Below are positions 18,591 through 31,521 of a stretch of DNA of 64,000 nt, piece after piece (position 1 is the first letter of the stretch; each line of letters starts with the position of its first letter). The position numbers and the translations under genes were made by a program. Source of the stretch: Candidatus Latescibacterota bacterium (lineage in GTDB: Bacteria; Latescibacterota; UBA2968; GCA-2709665); the NCBI GenBank assembly GCA_965205485.1, contig OZ242180.1, positions 800,001-864,000 of the forward strand. Reading direction: 5' to 3'. Under the pieces are notes generated by a model, which was given only the letters and a program-made list of their open reading frames with translations, was not told where the DNA came from and did no database searches.

Positions 18591-19532
18591 TCATCCCTGC
18601 CAGTCCGATGGGAGCTCCAGGGACCAGACTTCACTGTTCAATGGCCTGGCATGCCCGCCGGCCAGCCAGATTCTGTCCTTGAAGACATAGGCCGAATGCT
18701 CGTGGCGATTCGTCCAGATCACGTCGGATTTGAGTTCCGTCCAGTTCGCGCCGTCCTTCGAGTACCACACGTCGCCGAAGTCACCATCCTTGCGCGACCA
18801 TCCACCCAGGACCCACATATGGTCCCGGTAGACGACGAGGGAAAACCACATGCGCTTCTTCCAGGGCGCCTCGGAAGTTACCTGCGTCCAGTTCGCGCCG
18901 TCTTCAGAGCACCATACATCGTTGAGCGGGATGGTTTCCGGCTGCCATGCGCCGCCGCCCATGATCCAGATTTTGTTCCTGAAAACCACGGCCTGCGCGT
19001 GCGTCCGTTTCGACCATGCCGCGTGCTCGACGTCGCATCTCCAGTACCTGCCGTCGGCGGTGGACCAGACGTCGTTCTTGAGGTTTGCGTCATCGTCCTG
19101 GTAGAAATTCTCGGTCCCGCCCATGATCCACATCCGGTCTTTGAACACGACGAATGAGGGCGACACCCTGGGGCACCACCCCGGATCGTCCGTTTCCAGG
19201 ACCCACTCGACGCCGTCGGACGACGACCATACCGTGTTTGTGTTCTCCGCGCCTGGTAGTTTCCGTCCCCCCATCAGCCACATCCGGCCCCTGAACGGCA
19301 TGGTCGCCGGAAGGTCGCCGTGTTCCCACGGCGCAACCTCAACGGTTCGGGTCCAGTTCACCCCGTCGGACGACTTCCAGACGTCGCGCGGATTGGGCGT
19401 CTGTGGGGTGAACCAGCCACCAAAAATCCACATGTGACCGTCCCACACCATCTCCCCCTGCGAGTCCCGCGCCTGCCATGCCGCCTTCTCCGTCACGCAT
19501 ACCCAGTCGGGGCCCTTCACCACGTTGCTCAT
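18591..19532 (-). CDS. Kelch-like beta-propeller repeat protein
   Basis: Six repeats of W..R......vF.drmWi.GG......nDVW.S.DG.nW. Confidence 0.8.
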   Translation of the reverse strand: MSNVVKGPDWVCVTEKAAWQARDSQGEMVWDGHMWIFGGWFTPQTPNPRDVWKSSDGVNWTRTVEVAPWEHGDLPATMPFRGRMWLMGGRKLPGAENTNTVWSSSDGVEWVLETDDPGWCPRVSPSFVVFKDRMWIMGGTENFYQDDDANLKNDVWSTADGRYWRCDVEHAAWSKRTHAQAVVFRNKIWIMGGGAWQPETIPLNDVWCSEDGANWTQVTSEAPWKKRMWFSLVVYRDHMWVLGGWSRKDGDFGDVWYSKDGANWTELKSDVIWTNRHEHSAYVFKDRIWLAGGHARPLNSEVWSLELPSDWQG

Positions 19533-19669
19533 ATCGGTTTCTCCCGGATTAAGATTCGACGCAGCCGCGATTTTCTGTACAGCCGATTGTTTTTCGATAA
19601 TCCCGGCGAAGTCCTTTGCGACGTCATCTGATGAAATGGGGAATCTGATGCGTCATTGTGATGTTGCCC

Positions 19670-19947
19670 AGTTAACCTCAATTCGAAAAAAGACAACAGT
19701 CAATTTACCACAAAAAGCACAAAAGGCACAGAAGGTGACGGTGCGAAAACGGGGTATTGTTGTCGTTCAAATGGATGACCTTCACTCCAGTGACCTGAAG
19801 TATCCACCCTTGACGTCCGATTGTTCTTCGTATATATTCGACATTCAGGTCCCCGAATAAGAATCTAATCCTGGTCCGTTTTGGCCTTAATCCCGTCCAT
19901 CCTGTCAATCCATGTTAAGTTTGGGTTTTGGACAAGTGAGGTTAACT
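19670..19947. repeat. TTAA-bounded MITE-like repeat, copy B
   Basis: 11-bp terminal inverted repeat AGTTAACCTCA/TGAGGTTAACT; collinear similarity with 17113-17334. Confidence 0.7.
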
Positions 19948-19973
19948 CAGCCTCCAGCCCGATTCGTCGACCG

Positions 19974-20978
19974 TCACCTGTGCCCCCGGTAGCGATCGTA
20001 AACCGCGTGCATTTCCTCGATGCTGTCAAAGTAGCCCACGATGTGTGCCGCGCTGAACGTATCGCCGGCGTTTACGGACAAGCCATGCATTTCAAGGATC
20101 ATCACGATGATGTCTCCCGGCCGCTGGCTGCACCACGCCTCGTAGACGACGGAAGGATCGAGTGTAAGGCCGCCCAGCCAGGGCCCTTCGCCGCCCGTTT
20201 CCGGATCCCGAAGCCGGTACGCCCGGATGAAATGCCCGGGCATTCTGTTCAGGTCGCGGCGATACCCGAACTTCCGGTCCGGCGGGAATGGATCGAAGAA
20301 CTCGCTCGAAGGGATGCGCAGGCCGTCGGGACCGCTCAGATAGCTGAGATAGATTGCGCTGAACGTATCTCCCCTCGTATGCCGTACGCAGCCGGGCGTG
20401 TCGTTCCTGAGAAACATCTCCGGGGAGTCGTTCACGCTTTCGATCCGGTCCATCAACACGAAATACCGCTTGCCCCTGGGAAAGACGATCAACTGCGTCC
20501 ACCTTGAACCCGTGTTGCGGCCCGGCGCCGAATACTCGAAACGGTACCGGGTCCTTACGGCGATAAAGTCCTTCCCGCGAGTCACATCCGGCTGTACGGG
20601 CTTCATCCTGTGGCAGAGCTGCGGCCCCTCGATCATTCGCTTCCGATGACTGCTTCCGTGCGACAGGATGGCGTATTCCCTGCTCCCGGGGTCCGGCTCG
20701 TTCTCATGCCAGCGGTATCGCCCCACACCGTGCCCGTCATCCGCAATCACGCTACCGCTGTACGATTCATCGCTGCCCGCCTCCATCAGCCAGTCGACAA
20801 CCATCAGGCCGTCGCCGATTTCGGAGAATCCGGTTTTCTTGTCGACAAACGAACCCTTTTCGATCCCCGTCATCCATTGCTTCGGGTTTCGCTTTGGAAT
20901 CGCGGCTTCGAGTTCGGCGGTTTCGATTCGGATCCTGCGATCGTCTTCGAACACGGTTGCCCATGCGGAATCTTGCAT
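19974..20978 (-). CDS. Hypothetical protein
   Basis: 334-aa ORF with host-like codon usage and RBS AAGGA; no motif recognised. Confidence 0.75.
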   Translation of the reverse strand: MQDSAWATVFEDDRRIRIETAELEAAIPKRNPKQWMTGIEKGSFVDKKTGFSEIGDGLMVVDWLMEAGSDESYSGSVIADDGHGVGRYRWHENEPDPGSREYAILSHGSSHRKRMIEGPQLCHRMKPVQPDVTRGKDFIAVRTRYRFEYSAPGRNTGSRWTQLIVFPRGKRYFVLMDRIESVNDSPEMFLRNDTPGCVRHTRGDTFSAIYLSYLSGPDGLRIPSSEFFDPFPPDRKFGYRRDLNRMPGHFIRAYRLRDPETGGEGPWLGGLTLDPSVVYEAWCSQRPGDIIVMILEMHGLSVNAGDTFSAAHIVGYFDSIEEMHAVYDRYRGHR

Positions 20979-21133
20979 TAATTCAGTCCTTTTATGTATT
21001 AATTCGAGTCAGAAACCGCACTCAAAACTGATGGCACGGGAAAACACAGAATGACGGATTTTCGTCCTGTGCACCTGCCTGTTTTCTCAGTATCATATTG
21101 TTTTTTTCTTTTTACGTCCTTTTTCTTATGCGC

Positions 21134-22885
21134 CAGAGTGTGCAAAAACTCTCAGTATAATCACAGATGGGTCAGATTGTCTCCAGGGTGTGTCTCATGA
21201 TCAGGTCAAGGTCGTTGCGGATTCCCAGTCATCGGTGCTACGGTCAAGAGGTTCCTTGCAAGTCTTTGAGATCCGGCCACGAAGTGCCTCACGTGGGCGT
21301 CTAAACCCATAGTCTGACGGGCAAGGCAATGTCGGATGAGCTTCTCAGCCGACGGCGTCAACCATTTTGGGCACACCGACGAGGTTGATGGCGCGCTTGA
21401 TATTGTAAGCAAGGGTCATCAACGAGAACTCGGCTTTGACCTTGTCGAGGCCTTTGACAAGAAAGTGGGCATACCCATACCAGAACTTGAGTGTGCTCGA
21501 AGGGATGCTCGACCATTTCTCGTCGTTTGTGAAGCACCCCGGGGTTTTCTTCCAGACGCTGCGCCATCTCATCCAGGAGGTGTTCATGTACCCACCGCGT
21601 GAGAATGCGTCCATTCTTGTTTGTGGTGCATAAGGACCGCACCCCGCAGGTTGTACACGCCGATGTCGTGTAATGTTTTTTGACGACACCAGGGTCAGCT
21701 TTTTTCTTCCGATACGTGGCGTCATAAGCATAGGTGAGCACTTGCCCGGCAGGACATAAATAGTGATCCTGTTGGGGATCATAGATGAAGTCGTCTTTAC
21801 TATATAAGCCTCTGCTTTTGCTGTTGGATGTATCGGGTTTGGGCACATACGGCTCGATATGTTTCTCAACGCAGGCTTTGATCGTTTCACCATTGTAATA
21901 GCCACCATCGGCAACCACGCGGCAGGCCTTCACGTCCGCTTTTTGGCACCGATACTGATTTTGCTCAGCTGTGCCTTGTCATTGGCCTGATTGGTCACAT
22001 CCTCTTCCACAATGAGCTGATGCTTATCGTCGGTGGCTGCCTGGACATTGTATCCCACTTTGGCTTTCGGACTCTTAGGCATCGCTCGAGAGTCCGGGTC
22101 CGTCAGCGAGACCTGGGTTTCTCCGCGCGCCTCAAGGTCCTCCAACAGGTGCGTATACGTCACTTTTCGTTCTTTCAGGCGTTGCATTTTCTCACTTAGA
22201 GAAGGATCCGCTTCCGACGATGACGCTTTTGCGTCTTGAGCGTCCTGGTCATCTAATTCTTGAAGATATCGCTCGATCTTTGCATCAAGTTCTTGAAGCC
22301 TTCTTTTCAACTTGTCCTTGGTAAAATTGCGTTGGGGACTGTTGACGGCTTTGAATTTACTACCGTCAACGGCGATCAACTCACCCCCATAAAGCGACAA
22401 CCGCCGACAAACGACAGTGAAGGCGCGAAAGACCCCCTTAAAGGCTTTGGGATTGTCCTTACGAAAATTGGCTATCGTCTTGTGATCCGGACGCAGCCGC
22501 CTGAGAAGCCACATCACTTCCACGTTGCGATGCGTCTCACGCTCTAATCTGCGAGAAGACCGAATCTGATTGAGATAACCATAGATGTAGAGCTTGAGCA
22601 AATCACGCGGATCATAAGCCGACGCCCCGTCCAGGCAGGGGCGATGCGTTGAAAACCCAACGCGCTCAGTTCCAGGTCATCAACAAACACATCGATAAAA
22701 CGCACCGGGTTTTCTTCATCGATGTAATCGTCCAAATGCTCCGGAAACAACGTGCCTTGATCTCTTGACTCACCGCGAATGAAATCCATTTTTTCCACCT
22801 TTTGGATGGGAAACCGACAAGGACTTCATAACGGTAAGCATGATCAACGATAGAAACAATCTATAATTACTTTTGACACACTCTG
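21134..22885 (-). mobile_element. IS1182-family insertion sequence (decayed)
   Basis: Terminal IRs CAGAGTGTGCAAAAA / CAGAGTGTGTCAAAA (13/15); 4-bp GCGC duplication at 21130-21133 and 22886-22889; GC content lower than flanks. Confidence 0.88.
21345..22789 (-). pseudogene. IS1182 transposase with three frameshifts (about 22620, 21940 and 21500)
   Basis: GR(P)AYDPRDLLKLYIYGYLNQIRSSRRLE, PDHKTIANFRK, AVDGSKFKA, SLTDPDSR, VGYNVQ, ADGGY, VEHPF, LAYNIKR, spread over four frame segments. Confidence 0.9.
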
Positions 22886-23313
22886 GCGCGTAAGAAAAAG
22901 GACCAAAAAGAAGCGCGCCCTTCGGCAGGGGGCCGGTTTTTCCACGAATTACCTCAGTGGCATAGACTGGCGACTGTGTCCTGCGACCGCAATGGGACAC
23001 ACGTCGCGATGGTGCTGAACGGAAAAGCGTGGAAAAACCCCCCTCGCCACCACCGGGCGGTCGTGAGTCTTTAAGGCAAGGATCCCGGCTGGGATTTGCG
23101 ATCGTACCGGCTCTTGTTGAACGCTGACTGCTTTTCTTTGTGTCTTTGTGTCTTCGTGTGAGGCCGTTTTTCTCACGTTTCTCCCCCTTTCCTTTAGGAG
23201 AGGGGGCCGGGGGGAAAGGTCCCGCCTTTGGCTGACGGCTGAGAGCTGACCACTGATAGCTGATAGCTGAATTTTAAGCCATCGCGCCACCAATATCAAC
23301 AGACATCCACGGT

Positions 23314-24492
23314 TCAGGACTGAACTTCGCGAAGATCATCGCTCTCTGCGGTGATCTGCAGGCTTCCGTTGTCCGTGATCAAGAATACATCCTCCCATAG
23401 CATCTGAACGCCTTCCGCGGATAATCCGGGCTCGGTGCTGAGGACCATCCCCGGCGCCAGCGGCGTATGATCGTCAGGATGAATGCTCGGCGGCTCGGTA
23501 ATCAACATGCCCTGCCCGTGGCCCATGCGGGAAGGTCCGAATCGCTCCAGCCCTTCCATCCGCGAACAGGCTCTGTCGATCGCGTCGTTCCCGACCTGAT
23601 AGATCTCGGAACATGGTACCCCGGGACCCAGGGCCGCGGCCATGCTTCGGTTCACCTCCAGAAGTGCGTCATACAAGCGTCTCAACGCATCCGTTGCCGC
23701 GCCCAGGACACCCCACCGCGTATAGTCGATGGTATACATTCCCACGCGGGCGCCCGTATCCACACCCACAACCTGGCCTGCTTCAAGCGGCCTGTCGTAA
23801 CCGAACGGGTTCCGCGATCCCGCGACGCCCAGGAGCAGCATGACGAACGAAGTCCCGTCCCCGCCCTCTTCCAGAATCAGCCGACGCATCAGGCGGCCGA
23901 CTTCGCGTTCCGTCAACCCGGGTCGAATCATCCCGAACAGCCTCTGGCGGGCTCTTGCCGTCACGTCTCCCGCGCGATGGATATACTCGATTTCTTCCTT
24001 CGACTTCACCATCCGCAATCTCACGATGACATCCGCGGCGTCCACGAAAGCGACGTCGGGCAACGCAGACGTCAGGTCCTGATACGCGCCCGGCGGCATT
24101 CCCATCCGCTGCTCCATCCCAAGCTCCGCTCCCACGGACCCTCCGGCCGTCCCCGCATCCCGAAGCGCCTGGATTACGACGTCATGGGGAAACGCGAACA
24201 GGTCGGAATACTCGCGCACATCGGTCACGTAGGACCCCAGCGCCAGGTTGTCCTGACCCTGCGTGACAACGATCGGCTCTCCCGCAAGGGGCAGGATGAA
24301 GACCGACGGCCGGGTCAGAGAAGCGTGCAGAGCCGCGCTCGCCGCCGTGCCGGCGAAATACTGAAAGTTCTCCTCGCCGGTGACGAACAGCGCGTCCATC
24401 CCGCGGCGGTCCATCTCCTCACGCGCGCGGGCATACCGCCGCTTCATCTCTCCGCGGGAGAACATCGCATATTCAAGATCGACAGTTGGCAT
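23314..24492 (-). CDS. Xaa-Pro peptidase family (M24) protein
   Basis: Creatinase-like N-terminus, RMVKSKEEI, DTG..D, GHGQG...EPP, STEPG, WED. Confidence 0.88.
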   Translation of the reverse strand: MPTVDLEYAMFSRGEMKRRYARAREEMDRRGMDALFVTGEENFQYFAGTAASAALHASLTRPSVFILPLAGEPIVVTQGQDNLALGSYVTDVREYSDLFAFPHDVVIQALRDAGTAGGSVGAELGMEQRMGMPPGAYQDLTSALPDVAFVDAADVIVRLRMVKSKEEIEYIHRAGDVTARARQRLFGMIRPGLTEREVGRLMRRLILEEGGDGTSFVMLLLGVAGSRNPFGYDRPLEAGQVVGVDTGARVGMYTIDYTRWGVLGAATDALRRLYDALLEVNRSMAAALGPGVPCSEIYQVGNDAIDRACSRMEGLERFGPSRMGHGQGMLITEPPSIHPDDHTPLAPGMVLSTEPGLSAEGVQMLWEDVFLITDNGSLQITAESDDLREVQS

Positions 24493-24595
24493 TACACTAC
24501 ACTCTTGGAGGACCTAAAAGGAATTAGATATTTTGTATTTTAATTTATTATTATTGTCAAAATATGAAGAATTAGAATTAAATTTAATATAGTTA

Positions 24596-24624
24596 TTGAC
24601 ATATTTGCAATTCATCTGTATATT
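24596..24624 (+). promoter_or_regulatory. Sigma70 promoter in an AT-rich patch
   Basis: TTGACA-17 bp-TATATT, preceded by an AT-rich UP-like tract. Confidence 0.7.
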
Positions 24625-24745
24625 CTCGGGACAGGTATCGGTCGTTGAGCGTCGTACGGTAAAGGGTTTCGAAGGTAACTGACCTATAGGTTGATGTAAA
24701 CAACCCGCTCACGAAATTCGATGATTTCTCTGGCGGCGGCATTCA

Positions 24746-25666
24746 ATGACATATATAGGAGATGGCCCCTACTGTTATGCGAATGCTGCCTCAATGCTCC
24801 TGTCCTCCATTGGAGAGGACATCTCACCCTCCCAAATCGAAGTCCTTTCGGGTGTCGGCCTTAATGCGAATACAAGAGGAGGGGATTCTTTCTGGTTTGA
24901 CAATCTGGGCACAACACCTGACATCGGGATCAGCAAGGCGCTACGAATTCTCGGATTTGATTGCATAGAAAGATCAAGACAGGAAGCCGAGCCCGTTCCT
25001 CTGAAAGAACTGAGCGAAGTTCTGAAACAAGGTCCCGCTGTTCTCGGACCGCTCGATATGAGTCACCTCTCTTATCTGCCTTTTGACGCTCCTCTGGCCG
25101 ATCACTTTGTATTTGCGTTTGGAATAAATGAGGAGGAAATACAACTGCATGATCCGGCAGGATATCCTCATGTCTCGCTACCACTGGATTACTTGAAATC
25201 GGCCTGGAAGGCGGAATGGATTGGGTATCGTCGTGGCCATTATCGCTATTGGACCGCACCCAGGCGAATTCATCATCCAACGGAAGAAGGCATCTACGAC
25301 CAGGCTCTGGGATTTTTCAGATTTTGTTACAAAAAGACAGAGCGCGTAGCGCAGGATGAGAACCGAATCATTGGTCGCGATGCGATCTCTTCATTTGCCT
25401 GTCAAATAAGGAGCGGTGAAGTTTCCGATGATGAGTTCAGTCATATGGTATTTTTCCTCTTTCAACTTGGGGCGAGACGGGCGCTGGATTTCGCCGCCTT
25501 TTTTGACGGTCACAACGCGGAGTTGGCGAGCCTCAAGCGGAAACAGGCGAGGCAATTTGGTCAATGTCACACTTTTGCCGTCAGAAAAAGCTACGTTGAC
25601 CTTGCCGACATGCTTGAGCAATTGGGTACAGTCGAGGAGGATTTTCGCATCGCTCTTTGTGAGTAG
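24746..25666 (+). CDS. Hypothetical protein, papain/C39-like cysteine-peptidase fold
   Basis: GPYCYANA (Cys), ADHFV (His), LHDPAGYP (Asp). Lower GC than neighbours. Confidence 0.65.
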   Translation: MTYIGDGPYCYANAASMLLSSIGEDISPSQIEVLSGVGLNANTRGGDSFWFDNLGTTPDIGISKALRILGFDCIERSRQEAEPVPLKELSEVLKQGPAVLGPLDMSHLSYLPFDAPLADHFVFAFGINEEEIQLHDPAGYPHVSLPLDYLKSAWKAEWIGYRRGHYRYWTAPRRIHHPTEEGIYDQALGFFRFCYKKTERVAQDENRIIGRDAISSFACQIRSGEVSDDEFSHMVFFLFQLGARRALDFAAFFDGHNAELASLKRKQARQFGQCHTFAVRKSYVDLADMLEQLGTVEEDFRIALCE

Positions 25667-26005
25667 GAATAAGAGATAGAATAAGGTGTGAATTACCGCT
25701 CAAAACGCGGTGGGTATGCGATGCGTCATCTGGTGTAAAGATCCCGATTTCTTATTTCGATCGCCAGTTTAATATAGTACGAAAGCTTGAGATCGAAATC
25801 GTCGGTGCGACCTGAAGGACGGTCCTCGACGGTACTCGCCAGTTCCAGCAGGCGAATAGCGGCATCCAAGATACCGCCGGGCCGAAACAGGTGCAAGCCA
25901 CTTTGCTCGAACAGCAGGCCTGCGCGCCGCCGACGAGCGGGAATTTTATTCATTCAATCGCATGCCGGTTCAACGCAGCCAGTTCACATAAGGAGTAACC
26001 CAACC

Positions 26006-26395
26006 GTGCGGAAAGTATTGGAAGGATGTCCGACGTGCGGCGGCGAGCTGACGATATCGGGATTACAGTGTCACGCCTGCCACACCAGAATCGAGAGTCA
26101 GTATTCAACGTGTCCCTTCTGTCGTCTGAAGCAGCAAAGCCTCGACTTTATCGAGATTTTCGTCAAGAACCGGGGCAACATCAAGGAATTGGAACGCGAA
26201 CTGGGAATCTCCTATCCCACGGTGCGCAACCGTTTGAATGCCGTCATCGCCGAGCTTGGCTACGACGTGGGGGCGGAGCCGGCCCCGGCGGACGATCGGG
26301 CGGAAAAACGCGGCGAAATCCTGAAACAACTCAACGAAGGCGAGATATCCGCGACAGAAGCGGCCGAACTGATCAAGCAACTGGGGAGGAAATAG
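26006..26395 (+). CDS. DUF2089-family zinc-ribbon/HTH protein
   Basis: CPTCGGEL...CHAC, F..NRGNIKELERELGISYPTVRNRL, C-terminal SHOCT-like helix. RBS AAGGAG, GTG start. Confidence 0.88.
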   Translation: MRKVLEGCPTCGGELTISGLQCHACHTRIESQYSTCPFCRLKQQSLDFIEIFVKNRGNIKELERELGISYPTVRNRLNAVIAELGYDVGAEPAPADDRAEKRGEILKQLNEGEISATEAAELIKQLGRK

Positions 26396-26397
26396 CG

Positions 26398-29114
<2,717 letters not shown>

Positions 29115-29174
29115 AGCGAAAGATCTTCCCCGCGCAAGTTATCGCGGGACATCAGCGGGACATCCGTCCGGACA

Positions 29175-30527
29175 TCATCTCACCAGGCGTCTGAACAGGT
29201 CCTCGCGCATCTCGCAGTGCAGCAACGCATCCAGCCGCCGGTTCTCCAGTCCATCCCTGATCACCGCGAAACTCTCCCTCACCACCGCTTCGGTGTGGTC
29301 CAGCGCCTCATCGTCGTGCGCGCAGTTGAAGAAGAAGCCCGTGGACAGGATCAGGCCTCGTTTCGCGTTCTCCTGAATGAAGAGCGTGGTCACCTTTCTG
29401 GCGGTCTCAGGGTCGTCAACGTGAAAGCGGATGCCAGGGTGGGCGGCAACGCCCACGCATTCGGCATCCACGCCTGCATCCCCCGCCGCCCGGTTGATCC
29501 TCTCCTTGAACGACGCCCCGATCCGTTCGAAATGGCTCACGGCGTCCCGCCGTTCCAGTTCCCTCACGGTCGCCAGCGCGGCTACGGTTCCGATCGGGTC
29601 GTCCCAGTAGGCGCTTGAAATAAACATTCGCGAAACCGGCTCCATCACCTCCCGTTTGCCAACAACGGCAGCCATCGGATACCCGTTCGAGATCGCTTTC
29701 GCGAATACGGACACATCGGGCACCACGCCCGTGTACTCCTGTACCCCGCCCAGCGAAATCCGGAAACCGCAGGACACTTCGTCGAAAATGAGCACCGCGC
29801 CATACTTCGTCGCCAGCGCGCGCACTCCCTCCAGATACCCCGGCCGCGGCAACTCCGTGCGCATCGGCTCCATGATGATGCAGGCCACTTCGTGACGGTT
29901 CGCCTTCAGCAGGTCCTCCAGCATCTGCAGATCGCCGTACTCGAACGGTATCGTCGTTCCTTCCAGAGCTCCCGGCACGCCGATCGGCTCGATTCCCGGC
30001 CTGAGGTGACCGTCGAGCCGCTCCTCGCCCAGATTCGCGGCCAGGTACCAGTCGTGCCATCCGTGGTAGCCGCAGAACAGCACCCGGTCCTTCCCCGTCA
30101 CCCCCCGCGCAATCCGTACCGCCACGGTACAGGCCTCGCCTCCGCCCTTTGCGTAACGCACCATCTCCGCCGAGGGAATCAGGCGGACCAGTTCTTCCGC
30201 CAGTTCCACGGCGCTTTCGTGGACAATGCTGCAGATGCCGCCTCTTTCAATCTGCTGTCTGACCGCCGCGTCGACGACGTCATCCGCGTAGCCCAGTATG
30301 ATCGGACCCACGCCACTCATCCAGTCGACGTACTCGTTGCCGTCGACGTCCCATATCCGACAACCTTTGGCCTTCGCGGCATAAACCGGGCTCACGCCCA
30401 GCGCCGCCTGCGTGGGACGGCGGCTGAGCAACTGCGTCACCCCCGGAATCACTGACTGCGCCCGCTCGTAAACGGCCATCGACCGCGCAACCGAATGCGC
30501 AGCGGGCGTTGGTTTCGTCTCGTTCAT
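29175..30527 (-). CDS. Class III PLP aminotransferase (glutamate-1-semialdehyde aminomutase-like)
   Basis: WDVDGNEYVD, GYHGWHDW, LIFDEV..GFR, FAKAISNGYP. Confidence 0.88.
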   Translation of the reverse strand: MNETKPTPAAHSVARSMAVYERAQSVIPGVTQLLSRRPTQAALGVSPVYAAKAKGCRIWDVDGNEYVDWMSGVGPIILGYADDVVDAAVRQQIERGGICSIVHESAVELAEELVRLIPSAEMVRYAKGGGEACTVAVRIARGVTGKDRVLFCGYHGWHDWYLAANLGEERLDGHLRPGIEPIGVPGALEGTTIPFEYGDLQMLEDLLKANRHEVACIIMEPMRTELPRPGYLEGVRALATKYGAVLIFDEVSCGFRISLGGVQEYTGVVPDVSVFAKAISNGYPMAAVVGKREVMEPVSRMFISSAYWDDPIGTVAALATVRELERRDAVSHFERIGASFKERINRAAGDAGVDAECVGVAAHPGIRFHVDDPETARKVTTLFIQENAKRGLILSTGFFFNCAHDDEALDHTEAVVRESFAVIRDGLENRRLDALLHCEMREDLFRRLVR

Positions 30528-30578
30528 CTCCGGACCTCCCGAACGTACGTTAAGGCGGGACCCACCCAGGTCACCCGT

Positions 30579-31376
30579 CTACCACGCGGTCCATCCACCG
30601 TCAATGGTCATATTCTGCCCGGTCATGTAGCTGCTTGCATCGCTGGCGAGAAACACGATCGCCCCCTTCAGTTCGTGCGGCTCTCCCATACGTCCCATCG
30701 GACTCTTCGTACACAGCCGGTCCACCATTTCGGCGGGCGCCGTGCTCATGTTGGGAAAGGGCCCCGGGCTCAGACAGTTCACCCTCACCCGATCCGCCGC
30801 CCAGTAGACCGCCAGATGGCGCGTCACGTGGATGATACCGCCTTTCAGCGCGTGATATGCCGCGGGGCTGGCCGGACACACCCCCGCGTATGCATCCGGA
30901 TAGGACGCCACCTGTCCGTACATGGAACCCAGCATGACGACGCTCGCGGGCGCGCCGCGTTCCACGGCGTCATTGCGCACCAGCCGGGCAAGCGTGAAGT
31001 ATCCGGCCACGTTCCCCTGCTGCCACACGAACTGCTCGTGCGTGACGTCCGTCCAGTCGTTCAGCACGCCCTCGTTCCCGTTGTTGACCAGAACGTCGAT
31101 CTGTCCGGCCGCTTCCACCGCATCGGCAAAACCGGCCTCGATGGATCCCCCATCCATATGGTCCAGCCGCACACCCACGTGCGCGGCGTCGCCGGGCAAT
31201 TTCGCGACCGCCGCCTCGGCGCGGCTGCGCTCCCTGCTACTGATGACGACCCTGGCCCCCGCCTCGGCCAGCGCAGTGGCGAACGCCGTTCCCAGGAACC
31301 CCGTACCTCCGGTCACCAGCGCCACCTTTCCACTCAAATCGAACAGTCTCTGTACCGTCGGTTCGTTCGTTGCCAT
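30579..31376 (-). CDS. Short-chain dehydrogenase/reductase
   Basis: VTGGTGFLG, LVNN, SMYG, YHALK, VRVNCLSPG, IDGGWTAW. Confidence 0.92.
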   Translation of the reverse strand: MATNEPTVQRLFDLSGKVALVTGGTGFLGTAFATALAEAGARVVISSRERSRAEAAVAKLPGDAAHVGVRLDHMDGGSIEAGFADAVEAAGQIDVLVNNGNEGVLNDWTDVTHEQFVWQQGNVAGYFTLARLVRNDAVERGAPASVVMLGSMYGQVASYPDAYAGVCPASPAAYHALKGGIIHVTRHLAVYWAADRVRVNCLSPGPFPNMSTAPAEMVDRLCTKSPMGRMGEPHELKGAIVFLASDASSYMTGQNMTIDGGWTAW

Positions 31377-31521
31377 CTTTTCCTCCTGCATACAAAGGGC
31401 TTTCAGCTTCAGCTGTCAGCTTACCCGTTCCCGACCCACACATGGTTCCGGCTGAAAGGTCTGACGGCCGGATGTTGGACGCTGGTCGAGAAATCGCGAT
31501 TTATATTCTATCCGTTAACGC

